A stretch of DNA of 64,000 nucleotides. Source: Felis catus. Its lineage: Eukaryota. Under the pieces are notes generated by a model. That model did not search any database. It was not told where the DNA came from and was given only the letters and a program-made list of their open reading frames with translations. Made by a program: the position numbers and the translations under genes. The DNA lies in assembly GCF_018350175.1 (NCBI RefSeq), contig NC_058368.1, forward strand, positions 95,234,001-95,298,000. Reading direction: 5' to 3'. Shown one piece after another: positions 35,632 to 47,540 of this stretch (position 1 is its first letter; each line of letters begins with the position of its first letter).

Positions 35632-38589
35632 AGAAATTTACATTTTCATGCAGTGACATTTTCAGTCATTCTCAACGTACACGTTTTTCGGAACGCTGTG
35701 AGACACTGGGATAATATGCAGGGGAATGCCAGGCATCCGGGGCCTTCCCAGCCACCCTTAGCGCATCTCTCCTGTCCTGGGCACATTTGCCTTAACACAG
35801 GGCTTTCCAGAAACACGTGGACAGGGCTCCAGCGCATCCGCCATGGCAAACTGTATCCAGGATGTGCGGCTGCCATAGGTTGGGTTCCCCAAGACAGCCC
35901 TTTGCAGGCAGGACATTCACTGTGGATGGCTCTCAGCATTTGGGAAGGCAGGGACCAGCAGCGGATGAATCGTGTGCTTACAACCAGGGGGGGCCAGCCC
36001 CAGGGAGCTCTGGAATCGGTGCATCCTTCAGAGAAGCCCCAAATGAACCAAGGCGGAAGGGGCTTGTACCCTACACAGAACTCGAGGTTACTCCCAAGGA
36101 GGGGAGGGATCCTTGGGCATGGCGCCCCCCCCCCCCCCCCCCCCCCCCGCCTTCAGCTAAGATCATTGGCTAAAGAGAACCAGGCTGTTGGCCCGCCCAA
36201 CACTCCTTCGGAAAGAAGCCGTTGGTTCTGATGGGAGGTTCTGCTGGGACCTACCCGGTTCCGCATCAAAGTACATAGGCCGCCCCGTTTTTGATGCATT
36301 TAGCCCTGTGACCCTTCTGGCCTTAGGGCCTCGCCAGCTTAGGCTCCCTTCAGGTTTGAGCAGCTTAAATACCTTTTCAGCGACCTAGAGAAAAAGCAGT
36401 AGCACGTTCACTGGACTGAGTGAGCGAATTTCCCTTCCTTCTCCCCTCCGCGGGTCTTTGGGGTTCTTTGACACCTTGCACAGAGACGTGAAAGGGCTAT
36501 AAAAAGCTCCCATGATTGCAAATAAAAGTGAACCAGACACAGTAATTAAAGAGATGAATATGGCTGCAAACTTAGGGCTTTTAGGAGATTCGGGCTTCCG
36601 CGTTTCAGCAGTGAAGGAAAGAGACATGGGATTGCATTTAATGAGCCCCACGTCCCAGGAGGCCTTTGCTTTTCCACGCCTGTTACCCGCCGAACACCAT
36701 TGCACCGCTGAGCCGGAAGCTCCTTTCTGGATGGTGTGATAGGCATCGCAAATCGTCTCAGAGGACCCTGTGCGGGGCGGGGACGGTGCGCCCAGCAAAA
36801 CACCACCCCGCGTTCGGGTAGTGCCATTTCCTTTCCGCGGGGCTGCCGGCTCTTCCTGGAATCGGGTTTTCCTGGTGCTTGTTTTGGCTCCCGGCCTCCA
36901 GCTGGTCCCGTGCACGATGAAGAGTGGCGTTTGTTGGCAGATGGTGCCGGGGCCCTGCCCGCTCTCCTCTGTGGCCACTGTCCTGCGGACTCACACGGCC
37001 TGCAGAGCTAATGAGCCTGGAAGCAGCTCTCCGCCAGGAATTGTGGGTAAAACCCCAGCCTCTGTGTCCCTGGAGTGGGGGCAACTCTGCAGTTCGCAGC
37101 CACCTAGGGGGCTCCAGCCGGACCGACCCACCGTCAGGTGCCCGTGGTGAAACCTGGCTTATGGACACATTATATTCTAGCTTGCTTGCTTCCTTCCTCC
37201 CACCGCCTTCCCCTGCTTCTCTCCACGACCACATTCAAATCCTTCTGTGCCAGCACCAGGCAAGCTTCTAGGTGTGAGTGTTGCCAGGCAAATGGTTCCA
37301 TCTGGGAAATCATGCTCAGAGTGTATCTCCTACCTTCTCCCCGCATCTTGTCCCTCCAAAGGAGAAACAAACCGCCAACCCCAGACCAGCAAACACGAGC
37401 AACAACAACAATTAAAAAAAAAAAAATGAGTGTCACCTGTTAGGGTACCCACAGAGGACTTATCCTAATTGTCTGGATTGGGCTTTGCAAATGTATTCGT
37501 CTTGACGTGGCTGGCTTCCAAAACTACGTTCCAGGCAGGGTTCCAGCCATCCTGCCTACTGATTTCACTGGTGGTTTGCATCATCTTGATTCTTGACATC
37601 ACACCCTAGCACATTGTCCGTCCGAGCCCACTGGGACTGGAGACAAAAGGGGGTCTTTGGGGACGCATCCAGAATTACTTCCCGCCACCCAGGACCTGGT
37701 TCTGATGAACTGCGTCTCATCTGGAACGTGCAGTTATTTTCTCTGTGTCCATATCAATACTGTGAGCTGATAAAGATTAAAAGGGGCAAAACAGAGCTTG
37801 GGAGCTTTACAACTCCTACCGGAGTTGCAATGCATTTTCCTATCTGTCCGTTTGATTGGAAATTTAAATCATCTCCCATTTTAGGAAATTGGTAGCCTCT
37901 TAAGATACGGAATCTGACAGTTTATGGCTCAATCTGTGCCTTGCTGTCTTTAAAGGAAAGCTAGTAAAAACTGAAATGAAGGAAAACAAATAAATACCAT
38001 AGTCCTCCGACGGTGCATTTTATAATGATCACATCTGCTGCAAAGCGCCTGAAAAATGGCTCTGGAAGGCTGCCGGAGCCGCAGAACGGGCTCACACCGT
38101 GAGGAGGAGGCGGTGAGCTGGGGAGAGGATTTGAGATTATGCGCTTTTTTACATGAGAATTTAACCTTTTGTCAGGAGCTCTCTCCCTTTTGTTTTTGTT
38201 GCAGAGCCCTTGAGAGTCCCGTCCCTCCATGCCCTGCCCTGGGGTCACCATGTCACAGCTCAGGAAGGAAATGGACAGGAACAGTCAGCTGGGCGTGTGC
38301 ACCCCTGAACCAGAGGCAGGGTGGGGGGGGGAGCCGGCTAGAACCGGCAACAGCTCTGACTTTTTAAGTTACTCTTTGCTTTGATCTTGGGTTCTTGGCA
38401 GGACAGGAGGAGAAAGCAAAAGTCTGGGGTCTAATTCTAGTATTTAAAAGGGTAAAGATGATCATTACAAAAAGTATTTGTTCATAATGAAATCGCGGTT
38501 AGGTTTACGATGGGCAGGGCTCTGGGTTTATTGCATTGCGTGGAGTGATTCACTTAATTCTAACAAACTTCAGAGGCCGGTATTATTAT

Positions 38590-38626
38590 TCCATTTTTTA
38601 TTAATTTTTTTTAATGTTTATTCATT

Positions 38627-38661
<35 letters not shown>

Positions 38662-38797
38662 GAGACGGAATCAGAAACAGGCTCCAGGCTCTGAACTGTC
38701 AGCACAGAGCCCGACACCGGGCTCGAACTCACAAGCCAGGAGATCGTGACCTGAGCTGAAGTCCGAGGCTTAACCCACTGAGCCACCCAAGCACCCC
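38590..38797 (-). mobile_element. Can-SINE
   Basis: Reverse element. Confidence 0.95.
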
Positions 38798-38800
38798 ATC

Positions 38801-38979
38801 TTTTTTTTTTTTTTTTTTTTGAGAGCGAGAGAGACTGGGGGAGGGGTTGGGGGAGAGGGGGAGAGAGAGAATCCTAAGCAGGTTCCCCGCTCAGCGCAGA
38901 GCCGACGGGGGGCCCAATCCACGACCCTGAGCCGAAATCAAGAGTTGTACGCTCAGCTGCCTGAGCCACACAGGTGGCC
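38801..38979 (-). mobile_element. Can-SINE (different subfamily)
   Basis: Reverse element directly adjacent to the previous one. Confidence 0.9.
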
Positions 38980-39561
38980 GTATGATTCCCGTGTTAAAGA
39001 TGAGGCGTTCAAGGCTTAGAGAGAGCACAGGACTCGCTGGTGAAATCAAGGTGATGGGCCTCATCTGTCCTGATTTGCGTTAGAGCCACGCCCACCCTAG
39101 CGTGACTCTTGCGAATCCTGGGAGAGGACGGAGGCCTGAGCCTCCTGCTTCCCCCTTCCCTGGATGTCCCTTCCTCCAGACCCGGACTCTTAGCAACCTG
39201 ATACCAGATCCCTTCTGTTCACTCAGGTGGGAGGTGCGTGAGCTGAGGCTTCCCTCTTGGGGCGTCCGCGTTTGCACCTGGCCCACATTCTGGAACCCAG
39301 GCGCTCCAAGGAACAAGCCGAGGTACGTGGGCAGATAGTGTGGGGTTTCTGGGAGAGGGGCGGTTGGCAGGCTGGAGCTTCGTTTTCGTTTGTGTTCGTT
39401 CCTCCCTTAGCCAACTTTGCGTCCGCAATTAATTTAGAAGGTGAAGGAGATTCGAGCAGTGGATTGGGGGTGGGGGGAGGATAAAACCAGAAAAGGGGTG
39501 CAGCCACTGAAGCTGCTTGATCAAGCGGTCCCCACGGGGGAACCTGGAAGACATTTGTTCT

Positions 39562-39761
39562 CAGTGATACAGGGTCTGTGCGTTATTGCGTATGACTACT
39601 TTAAATGATAGTTAGGGCCCTTTCCCCCTCTCGCGTTCTAATCATCCCTTTATAATGAACAACGGCAGCAAGCATTTTGTACACAGAGAACTTTGCCGCC
39701 TCTATAACAATCCACAGGATTTTTTTTTTTTTAAAGAAGCAAAATAATTCATTTGCCAAAC
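39562..39761 (+). repeat. ~200-bp direct repeat, copy 1
   Basis: Aligns by eye with 40615-40816. Confidence 0.95.
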
Positions 39762-39786
39762 GCACACCTCAGAAGTGCCCTGTTCA

Positions 39787-39979
39787 GGGGCGCCTGGGTG
39801 GCTCAGTCAGTTAAGTGTTTGACTCTTGACTTCGGCTCAGGTCACGATCTCACAGTTCCGTGGGGTCGAGCCCCGCGTCAGGCTCTGCGCTGACGGTGCG
39901 GAACCTGCTTCGGATTTCTCTCTCCCTCTTCTTCTCTGCCAATCCATCAAGCAGTAACTTAAAAAAAAAAAAAAAAAAA
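39787..39979 (+). mobile_element. Can-SINE
   Basis: Flanked by CTGTTCA repeat. Confidence 0.9.
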
Positions 39980-40614
39980 GAATACTCTGTTCAAAGGGCA
40001 AGGGAACTTGGGAATTTATACGTTACTCCTTTGGTTGTTGGGTAGGGCGGCTTGCTGGGCGAGGGTTAATTCTCTGCTGTTTCTGGCCTGGCCAACAGGC
40101 AGGAAAGCAGGCTCCCGTGGTTAGAGAAAGCCCTCAAGCTGAGAAGTTGCTGGCGTGGAAAGGCGAGGGTCGCCCACAGGGGTGCTGCCCGACCTGTCAC
40201 AAGCCTCCTGGGACTCCTTGAAACTGCAGCCCTGAAGTCAGGCGTTCCATCCCACGTGGGCATCCCACCTCGCCTCAGTGGCCTCCCTAAGCCCAGACGG
40301 TTACAAGAACAAAAAGGGATATCGGATCCGAACGGGGCCACGGGTGTGCGTGTACACGTGTGTCAGGGTGCTGATGGTTCCATAACTGTCTCGTAAACCC
40401 TGGAGGAAATAAGGAAAAATGATGCCAGTTTTGTGCGGGTTAGGTATTTTCTATAGCTGCTCTTTTCTTCTTAAGAAGCTTTGATTTAAAGGCCACGAGA
40501 TCCTATCGTCGCTTCGGAGTCTTTCTACAACACAATTGAAATTGTCTGCTGCTCGGCCTGACAGGAACCAATTCGAGATACTCTGCTTTTTCATGCACGT
40601 GTTTATTCAAGTGC

Positions 40615-40816
40615 CAGTGACACAGGGTCTTTGTGCGTTATTGCCTACGACTACTTTAAATGATAGTTAGGGCCCTTTTCCCCACTCGTTCTAATGATCC
40701 CTTTGTAATGATAATGGTAGCAGACATTCTGTACACAGAGAACTTTGCCGCCTCTGTAGCAATCCACAGGATTTTTTTTTTTTAAAGAAACAAAATAACT
40801 AATGCATTCGCTAAAC
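40615..40816 (+). repeat. ~200-bp direct repeat, copy 2
   Basis: Aligns by eye with 39562-39761. Confidence 0.95.
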
Positions 40817-40878
40817 AGCTGTTTCTGGAAAGAATAGTTGTTTGGCTGAATTCAGAGTTTCCCAAATCTGCCAATTAA

Positions 40879-40880
<2 letters not shown>

Positions 40881-40918
<38 letters not shown>
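40881..40918. repeat. (TG)n microsatellite
   Basis: Seen directly. Confidence 0.95.
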
Positions 40919-40919
<1 letters not shown>

Positions 40920-41499
40920 ACGCATGCTTGCAATAGTCCAGGTCGATATCAGCCACTGTTATCAGTTAACAAAAAATAGGCTTTGGGACAGGTTCTAAAT
41001 AGTGTATCCCATACAGGGTGTCTGTGGGAATTTGGGGAAGATTCATCTCTCTGGCATCCACCTTCTTATTTTGTGGGTATTTCCCCAATGTGTGTATTTA
41101 TAGCCTGGTCTTCTCTCCCCCACATGTCACAGGGCAATCCCATGAGCTAGGCTGGGCCAGTCGGAAGCTCCCACTGATTTCACGCCTTGAACCAGCTATA
41201 CAAAGAGCCTTGGTTCACATCCTCTGTGGGATTGGGGCGGGGGGGGGGCAGGGATGATGGTGGGTCTATCGTGGTGACCGTCACAGCACTAGCATCCATT
41301 TGTGATGGGTGTTCCCACGGAATTTGCGCTTCCTGGCTTGTGGCCCACTGGCGTTACCTCTGTTTGAAAGTATTTGCTGAGAGCCTGTTTTGAGCCAGCC
41401 AGTGTTTTAATGCTAGAGATATAGAAGTGAATAAAGCAGATACCGCCCCTGGGTTTGTAGAAATAAGCAGAAATTCCTCTCTTGGCATCCAGGATCCTG

Positions 41500-41905
41500 C
41501 AAAGCACTGTTAACAGGTCCTCGCAACGAGAGGCAGAATCTGTTTCTCTACTACTTGAATCAGAGTCGCCTAAGGGCACGGTCACAAATGTGACTCATTC
41601 AGGGACACGGAAAGCAGGTGCCTCGGCACCCAGACCGCCATGTGAACAAGTCCAGCTAGCCCGCTACAGGGTAAGAGGTCACATGGGAAAGGAACAAGAC
41701 GGCTCAGCCAAACACCGGCCAGCTTTCCGCTGACCTAGGTAATGAATGCAGATGTTTAAGCTTTGGTCGAGATCAACCAAACCTCCCCCAGACCAGAGAC
41801 TGCCCAGCTGAGCCCGGTCCAAATTGCCAAACTATAGAGTTAGGAGCTAAATAGCTACTCCTTATAGCCGCTGAGTTTTGGTGTGGTTTATTTTGCAGTA
41901 AGATG
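41500..41905 (+). mobile_element. MLT1 (F/G/H-like) LTR
   Basis: GAGGCAGAATCTGTTTCTCTACTACTTGAATC, CCGCCATGTGAACAAGTCCAGCTAGCC, GACTGCCCAGCTGAGCCCGGTCCAAATTGCC, GCCGCTGAGTTTTGGTGTGGTTT. Confidence 0.75.
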
Positions 41906-42310
41906 GAGTCTCTGCCCTCTTGACATTTACATTCGAATGAGAGTAGATAGTCTATAAGAATGCATATCATATTTTCAGTTTGTAGAAACTGCTAGAAGAA
42001 TTTTAACGAGAGGAAAAGGGAATAGAACAGTCAAGGAACTGTTTTCTAGGGAAAAAAAATACACGAACGAAGCAAGGGACTGGACTCGTACGCACCTAGA
42101 AAGTAGCTCTGTCAGAGAGAGAGAGGGGGGGGATGGTAGATGCAAGTGGTCTGTGGCAGGAACATGTTTGGTGCACTCAGAGAAAGTGTGAAGGCCAGGT
42201 GTGAGTCTAGAGAGGGAAAGAGGGCAGGAAACGAAGTGGGCCAGGCAGCCAGGGGCCAGTAATCACTGCAGAAGATGCAACAATGAACCATGTTTTCAGA
42301 GTGAAAGGAT
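41905..42310 (-). mobile_element. L2 fragment
   Basis: GAGTCTCTGCCCTCTTGACATTTACATTC; GGCAGGAACATGTTTGGTGCACTCAGAGAAAGTGTGAAGGCCAG. Confidence 0.6.
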
Positions 42311-42504
42311 CTGCCTAGACACACTGTGTGCCCATGCAGGGCCTGGGCTTGACCAGCTCAAAGGGAGGAAATGACCAGGAAGGCAAAACGAGCAGGTCAG
42401 GCCATCTGGAAGAGTGCAGAAGTGGCATTTGGAAAAAGGGGGGGTGGGGGGTGGGTGGGTAGTGAAACCACTGAGAAAAGAACAATACAAAAATGGACAA
42501 TTAC

Positions 42505-42710
42505 GGGGTGCCTGGGTGTCTCCGTTGGTTAAGCATCTGATCCTTGATTTCAGCTCAAGTCCTAAACTCACGGTTGTGAGATTGATCCCTGCGTCCGGCT
42601 CGGCGCTGGGCAAGGAACCTGCTTAAGATTCTCTCTCTGCCCCTCCCCTGCACGTGCACATTCATGCACTCTCTCTCTCAAAAAAAACAAACAAACAAAC
42701 AAAAAAAATA
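42505..42710 (+). mobile_element. Can-SINE
   Basis: (AAAC)n tail. Confidence 0.9.
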
Positions 42711-42869
42711 AACCTCAAGCAAACAAAGGCAATGCAAGTTTATTTTCATACCATTAGCTCTTGGCTTCCTATCTATAAATCATCAACTTCGTGCATTTTC
42801 TTTTCCAGGAAACTTTAAAAGCCCATATCAGCTGCCCTTTGCTGACGTGTGTACACAGTCTTCTTCTTC

Positions 42870-43075
42870 TTTTTTTTTTTTTAATTTAAATGTCTATTTA
42901 TTTTTGAGAGAGAGAGAGCACAAGTGGGAGAGGGGCGAGGGGGGGCGGTCAGAGGGTCCAAAGCGGACTCTGCTGATAGCAGGGAGCCTGATGTGGGGCT
43001 TCAACTCACAAACTGTGATATCTTGACCCGAGCCTAAGTCAGACACTCAACCGACTGAGCCACCCTGGTGCCCCC
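42870..43075 (-). mobile_element. Can-SINE
   Basis: Reverse element. Confidence 0.9.
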
Positions 43076-44169
43076 CTCCTCCCTTCTTATGCAGTGATAG
43101 GTGTATAATAAGGGACACCATTTTGAGTTTTTTGCTCAGTCATAAGGTAATTAGGAAGATAAATCTGTTACATGCAAGAGTCAGTCCTTGCATTCGTTCT
43201 GAAATCAAACCAAAAGCTTTTTTTTTCTTTTAATCCAAGCCGTTGCACTTCTACTGTGACAGATTATACTGAGGTTTCTACATTGTTTTCACGTTACACA
43301 TTATAAACAAGAACAATTTGTACGGTGCACACAACAATGAGCTCGTGTGTGTCAGAGGCTCGATTCTGGGTGGTTAGCTGAGAACACCTCAAGCATGAAT
43401 CCCGATACCACTTAGGGTCGTGACGCAGTAGTTTACTAAAGAACATTCTCAAATGGCTGCTCCACCTTGACCATTCCCTGCTGGCATGAGGCATTCAGCC
43501 CCAAGTGGCAAGTGAGGGCCAGAAGCCATGTGTACAAAGTGGTTTCTAAGAAGGCGTGCCAAGGTTTCCAGGCCGGTGACGTGTGTCCAGCCATGGTGGC
43601 AGAACAGAAAAGACCCGGAGTAATGATCAGAACTGAAATGTGGGAACCGCAAGATGGGGGCTCCATGGAAACACCATAATGGGGGCCCAAACAGGGGGTG
43701 GAAGGGATGGACAGTTTGGGGCAAATGGGGATCGGTCAACAGGTCCCTTTATTCTTTGGTGCTTGGGCAGATAAGGTGGAAAGAAGGGGCTGGAGGGCAA
43801 GGGGGTGCTGTTCAGAGAAGAAGACTTGGATGTGGGTATCGGCGAGCCGGGGTCTCTCCTGGTGCCTGAGGATTATTCAGGGAGAAGACCGAGTGTAGAT
43901 GAAGCAGACAATGTCTAGCCTCAGAGTCCTGATTCGAGAGCATTCCCGGGACAGCTCTGACAGATTAGATGGACGCACAGTCGTTGTGCCCCAGTTGCTA
44001 TAGGTCTTCGGCCGTGTGCACAGTTTCAGCTTGCCAAGGCTGTTGCAGGCTGAGCGGTCCAGTAGAACTTCTGTGATGCTGGAAAGGTTCTTCCTACTTG
44101 GTAGCCGCAGATGGCTACTGACCACTTGACCTGTGGCTAATGTGACGGAGGAGCGGAGTTTTAAATTTT

Positions 44170-44382
44170 ATTTAATTTTTTAAAAGTTTATTTAAGTTTA
44201 TTTATTTTGAGAGAGACAAAGACAGTGCGAGTAGGGGAGGGGCGGAGAGAGAGGGAGAGAGAATCTCAAGCAGGCTCACACTGTCAGCACAGAGCCCGAT
44301 GTGGGGCTCGAACCTGTGCGATCATGACCTGAGCCAAAGTCGAGAGTCAGGTGCCCAACTGACTGAGCCACCCAGGCGCCCC
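44170..44382 (-). mobile_element. Can-SINE
   Basis: Reverse element inserted in the tail of the next SINE. Confidence 0.93.
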
Positions 44383-44588
44383 TATTTATTTATTTTGAGA
44401 GAGAGAGTGTGTATTCTTGCAAAGGAGAGGGGAAGAGAGAGACAGGGAGAGAGAGAGGATCCCAAGCAGGCTCCTTGCTGTCAGTGTCTAGAGCCTGACG
44501 CAGGGCTCAGTCCCACAAACCGTGAGATTATGAGCTGAGCTGAAATCAAGACTGGGATGCTTGACCGACTGAGCCACCCAGGCGTTCC
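44383..44588 (-). mobile_element. Can-SINE
   Basis: Reverse element. Confidence 0.93.
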
Positions 44589-44719
44589 TTAAATTTGATT
44601 TAATTTTAATTAATTAAAACAAATTTGAATTTGCCATACCATAAACCCTATGGGACCGCCCATTCCGGAACATTTGCTTTCAAGACCTTGCTCTTTGATC
44701 TGGTGATGGGAATCTTATG

Positions 44720-44840
44720 GGAAGTCAGGGGGCCCCATGAAAGCAGAGACTTTTTCTGTTTTATTCGAGGAGCTAGATCAAAGCCTGGCACTGGGTACGT
44801 GCTTAATAAACATTTGTTGAATGTGTTAATTAATTAATGA
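44720..44840 (+). mobile_element. L2 3' end
   Basis: CCCCATGAAAGCAGAGACTTTTTCTG...GCCTGGCACTGGGTACGTGCTTAATAAACATTTGTTGAATG. Confidence 0.75.
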
Positions 44841-44989
44841 GAGGAGGACAACCAATCACGCTTAACGCTCTTAGATCAACATTCATTTACAAAATTTGAC
44901 CGCATGACCACCATCTTGATTTGTTTTCTGAGGGTGGCTTCTAGATCTGGGGTGACTGTGTCAAATCCTGTCTTTGAAAGCCCCTTGCT

Positions 44990-45161
44990 GGGGCGCCTGG
45001 GTGGCTCAGTCAGTTGAGCGTCCGACTTCAGCTCGGGTCATGATCTCGCACTCTGTGAGTTCGAGCCCCGCGTCGGGCTCTGAGCTGACAGCTCGGAGCC
45101 TGGAGGCTGCTTCAGATTTTGTGTCTCCCTGTCTCTCTGCCCCTCCCCTGCTCATGCTCTG

Positions 45162-45207
<46 letters not shown>

Positions 45208-45250
45208 AAAAATAAATAAGCATTAAAAAAAAATTAAAAAAAAAAAAAAA
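44990..45250 (+). mobile_element. Can-SINE
   Basis: TSD AAAGCCCCTTGCT. Confidence 0.97.
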
Positions 45251-45519
45251 AGCCCCTTGCTAAGGACAGGACCAAGACAGCAAGTCTCCATCCTGAGTGT
45301 CTTCAGATAATTCTCTTACCTCACCTTCAGTTGTTGCATATTATAAAAGGTGTATTAGTCTTTGCAAGATTAATCATGCATTAATCTTTGTAGAGAAAAC
45401 ATCACTGAAAAGCTAAGCTAATATATTGTCAATTCTCTCCTCTACCGAGAACTATGATCCAGTTTTTCATCATATGAAAATAGTCACTACAAGTACCATT
45501 GATTAAGCACCCACTTTAT

Positions 45520-45744
45520 GGGGCAGCTGGGTGGCTCAGTGAGTTGAGTGTCCACCTTCAGCTCCGGTCATGATCTCGCGGTTCATGGGTTCGAGCCCCA
45601 CGTTGGGCTCTGTGCTGACAGCCCGGAGCCTGGAGCCTGCTTCGGGTTCTGTGTCCCCTCTCTCTCTGTCCCTTCCCCACTCATGCTCTGTCTCTCTCTG
45701 CCTCTCAAAAATGAATAAATGTTAAAAAATATTAAAAAAAAAAA
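45520..45744 (+). mobile_element. Can-SINE
   Basis: TSD AAG(C/A)ACCCAC(T/G)TTATG. Confidence 0.95.
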
Positions 45745-45759
45745 AGAACCCACGTTATG

Positions 45760-45873
45760 TTATGATGAGCACTGTGTTATCTATGTGTTGAATCACTAAA
45801 TTCTACCTCTGAAACTAATATTACAGCACTTGTTAACTAACTGCAATTTAAATAAAAACTTGAAAAACAAAAC
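45760..45873 (+). mobile_element. Carnivore L1 3' terminal fragment
   Basis: GATGAGCACTG...GAATCACTAAATTCTACCTCTGAAACTAATATTAC...GTTAACTAACTGCAATTTAAATAAAAACTTG. Confidence 0.85.
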
Positions 45874-45874
45874 A

Positions 45875-46070
45875 GGACCCACGTGGTGCCAGGCACAGAA
45901 CTAGACGCTTGGTACATAGTATTGTCGATCCTTGCAACGGTCCTTAGCAGAAATTTTCACCTCCCTATTACCAATAAGGAAACTAGGGCTCAGAGATCTT
46001 TAATTTACTTGTCCAAGGTCACACGTCCTCCAAGTTGTTGAATGTAGGTCCCTCCAAAATCTACGTACTT
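45875..46070 (-). mobile_element. MIR
   Basis: GTGCCAGGCACAG...AAGGAAACTAGGGCTCAGAGA...TTGTCCAAGGTCACAC. Confidence 0.75.
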
Positions 46071-47329
46071 TTCACTACACCACATTGACTCACCACTCTG
46101 TGGTTGGATCCTCCAAGGAGCTCAGCAGCAGAGGAATGCAGAAAAGAAATAAAGTTCACTGCCAATAGCTTGTTTTGTGAATATATAACTCTGAGGAAAC
46201 CATTATCTTAACAGGCTCCTTCTTCCTCAGCCCCAATTTAATTATGCACACCATCTAGAAATGACAGCCACGTGAGGCACAGGCCTGCCCAGTGGAAGAA
46301 GATGGTATTTATCCTAAATGATGAATTGCCCCACATAGGTAATAAATCTGGGAGAGCTTCGTGAAGAATACTGAGAGAAAAGATAAGAGTTTCCATTGGG
46401 AAGCTGGAGAAGGGGGGGGGGTGGATAATTACTGTGGTAAGTTTATTTATGCTGCCACTTTGGGCCTTTATGGGAAATCCTAAAAGCCACATCTCTGGAG
46501 CTGGAAACCTGGCAGGAAGACAAAAGAAAATGTTGTCCCATTTCTATTCAAGTGGTTACTAACATGATGGCCATGGGAGCCGTTCTCTTTCCAGAAACAG
46601 TTGAACCTAGCATGTTGTAATCAGAAGGGGAAAATGAGCCTAGCATCCAGTCCAGACGAGTCCCTTGTCCCTCAACTTTCTGCAGCACCTGCTGGTGGGG
46701 AGGTAGTGGCGAGGTGGTCGAAGGAGAGTGAGGTGCCTCTCGGCCTCGTTTTCGTCAGGACTGAGCTGACAGAGACCAGCAAGCTCTGCAGAGTCAGACT
46801 CTGAATTGCTTTGATGGAGAACACTTAAAGACGGTTGAGAAAGGAGACACCTTATGGTCACAGGCCCACTTCTTCCTTCTCTATGAATTAGAAGGCACTG
46901 CAGAGGGGGGTGGTGAGATGTCAGGCATCCCCAGGCCAGTCTCCAGAATCCCAGGTCAATCCTTCTTGAAACCACTCTTGGGAACACATTGGCCATGGCT
47001 GTTCCCCCCCCTACCCCCACCATTGCCTCATTTCCCCTCACCCCAGCCACAACTTCTGTCATGCCCTTTCCTTTCCCCAGCCCTTTCCTGGAAACGGAAT
47101 TCTCCACGGATTTAAGTCCCGAAATGATGGTCGCCACCGCCATCTTCCTAATCACCGCCAACCCCTAGCCGCTCGCGGACTTGGCTCATGCAGAGGCTTG
47201 GGCTGTGTGATAAGCCAACTGGGATGTATCATGACTTGTTCTGGAGAGAGCTTGGGCCGTGCCGCTCTGGGGTGGGGGAAGTGGCTTCTGGAGGATGAGT
47301 ACCAACAACAGGCGTCGTGATGGAGTAGT

Positions 47330-47540
47330 CGGAGCTGTTGTATTTAAGACTTGGTACCTACCGTGTTCCATATCTCATGTTCGACACTCTGTGTGCCCGG
47401 TCTTCTTTAACTCTGAAGTATACCTAGGGGATGGTGATGGGTATTATCTGCCTCTTCCGAATAAGGAAACCAAAACTGAGAGAGCTTAATCATTTGTCAA
47501 GAAGTCATGCTCTGCTGAGTCTTGCTCCAAACTCAGGCCT
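47330..47540 (-). mobile_element. MIR
   Basis: GGTATTATCTGCCTCTTCCGAATAAGGAAACCAAAACTGAGAGAGCTTAATCATTTGTC. Confidence 0.65.

Larger units (their letters stand above)
44050..44660. mobile_element. MER3-like hAT-Charlie MITE split by two SINEs
   Basis: GGTCCAGTAGAACTTCTGTGATGCTGGAAAGGTTCT...GTGGCTAATGTGACGGAGGAGCGGAGTTTTAAATTTTATTTAATTT resumes at ~44590. Confidence 0.7.

Noticed and set aside
35653..37271. Overlapping 115-197 aa ORFs on both strands
   Set aside because: Expected in GC-rich DNA with few stops; no recognisable protein similarity
39562..39732. H/ACA snoRNA reading of the duplicated unit (AGAGAA box, then ACA-GGA-T run)
   Set aside because: Only ~25 nt separate the H-like box from the ACA, too short for the second hairpin; an Rfam or snoReport run would be needed to revive it
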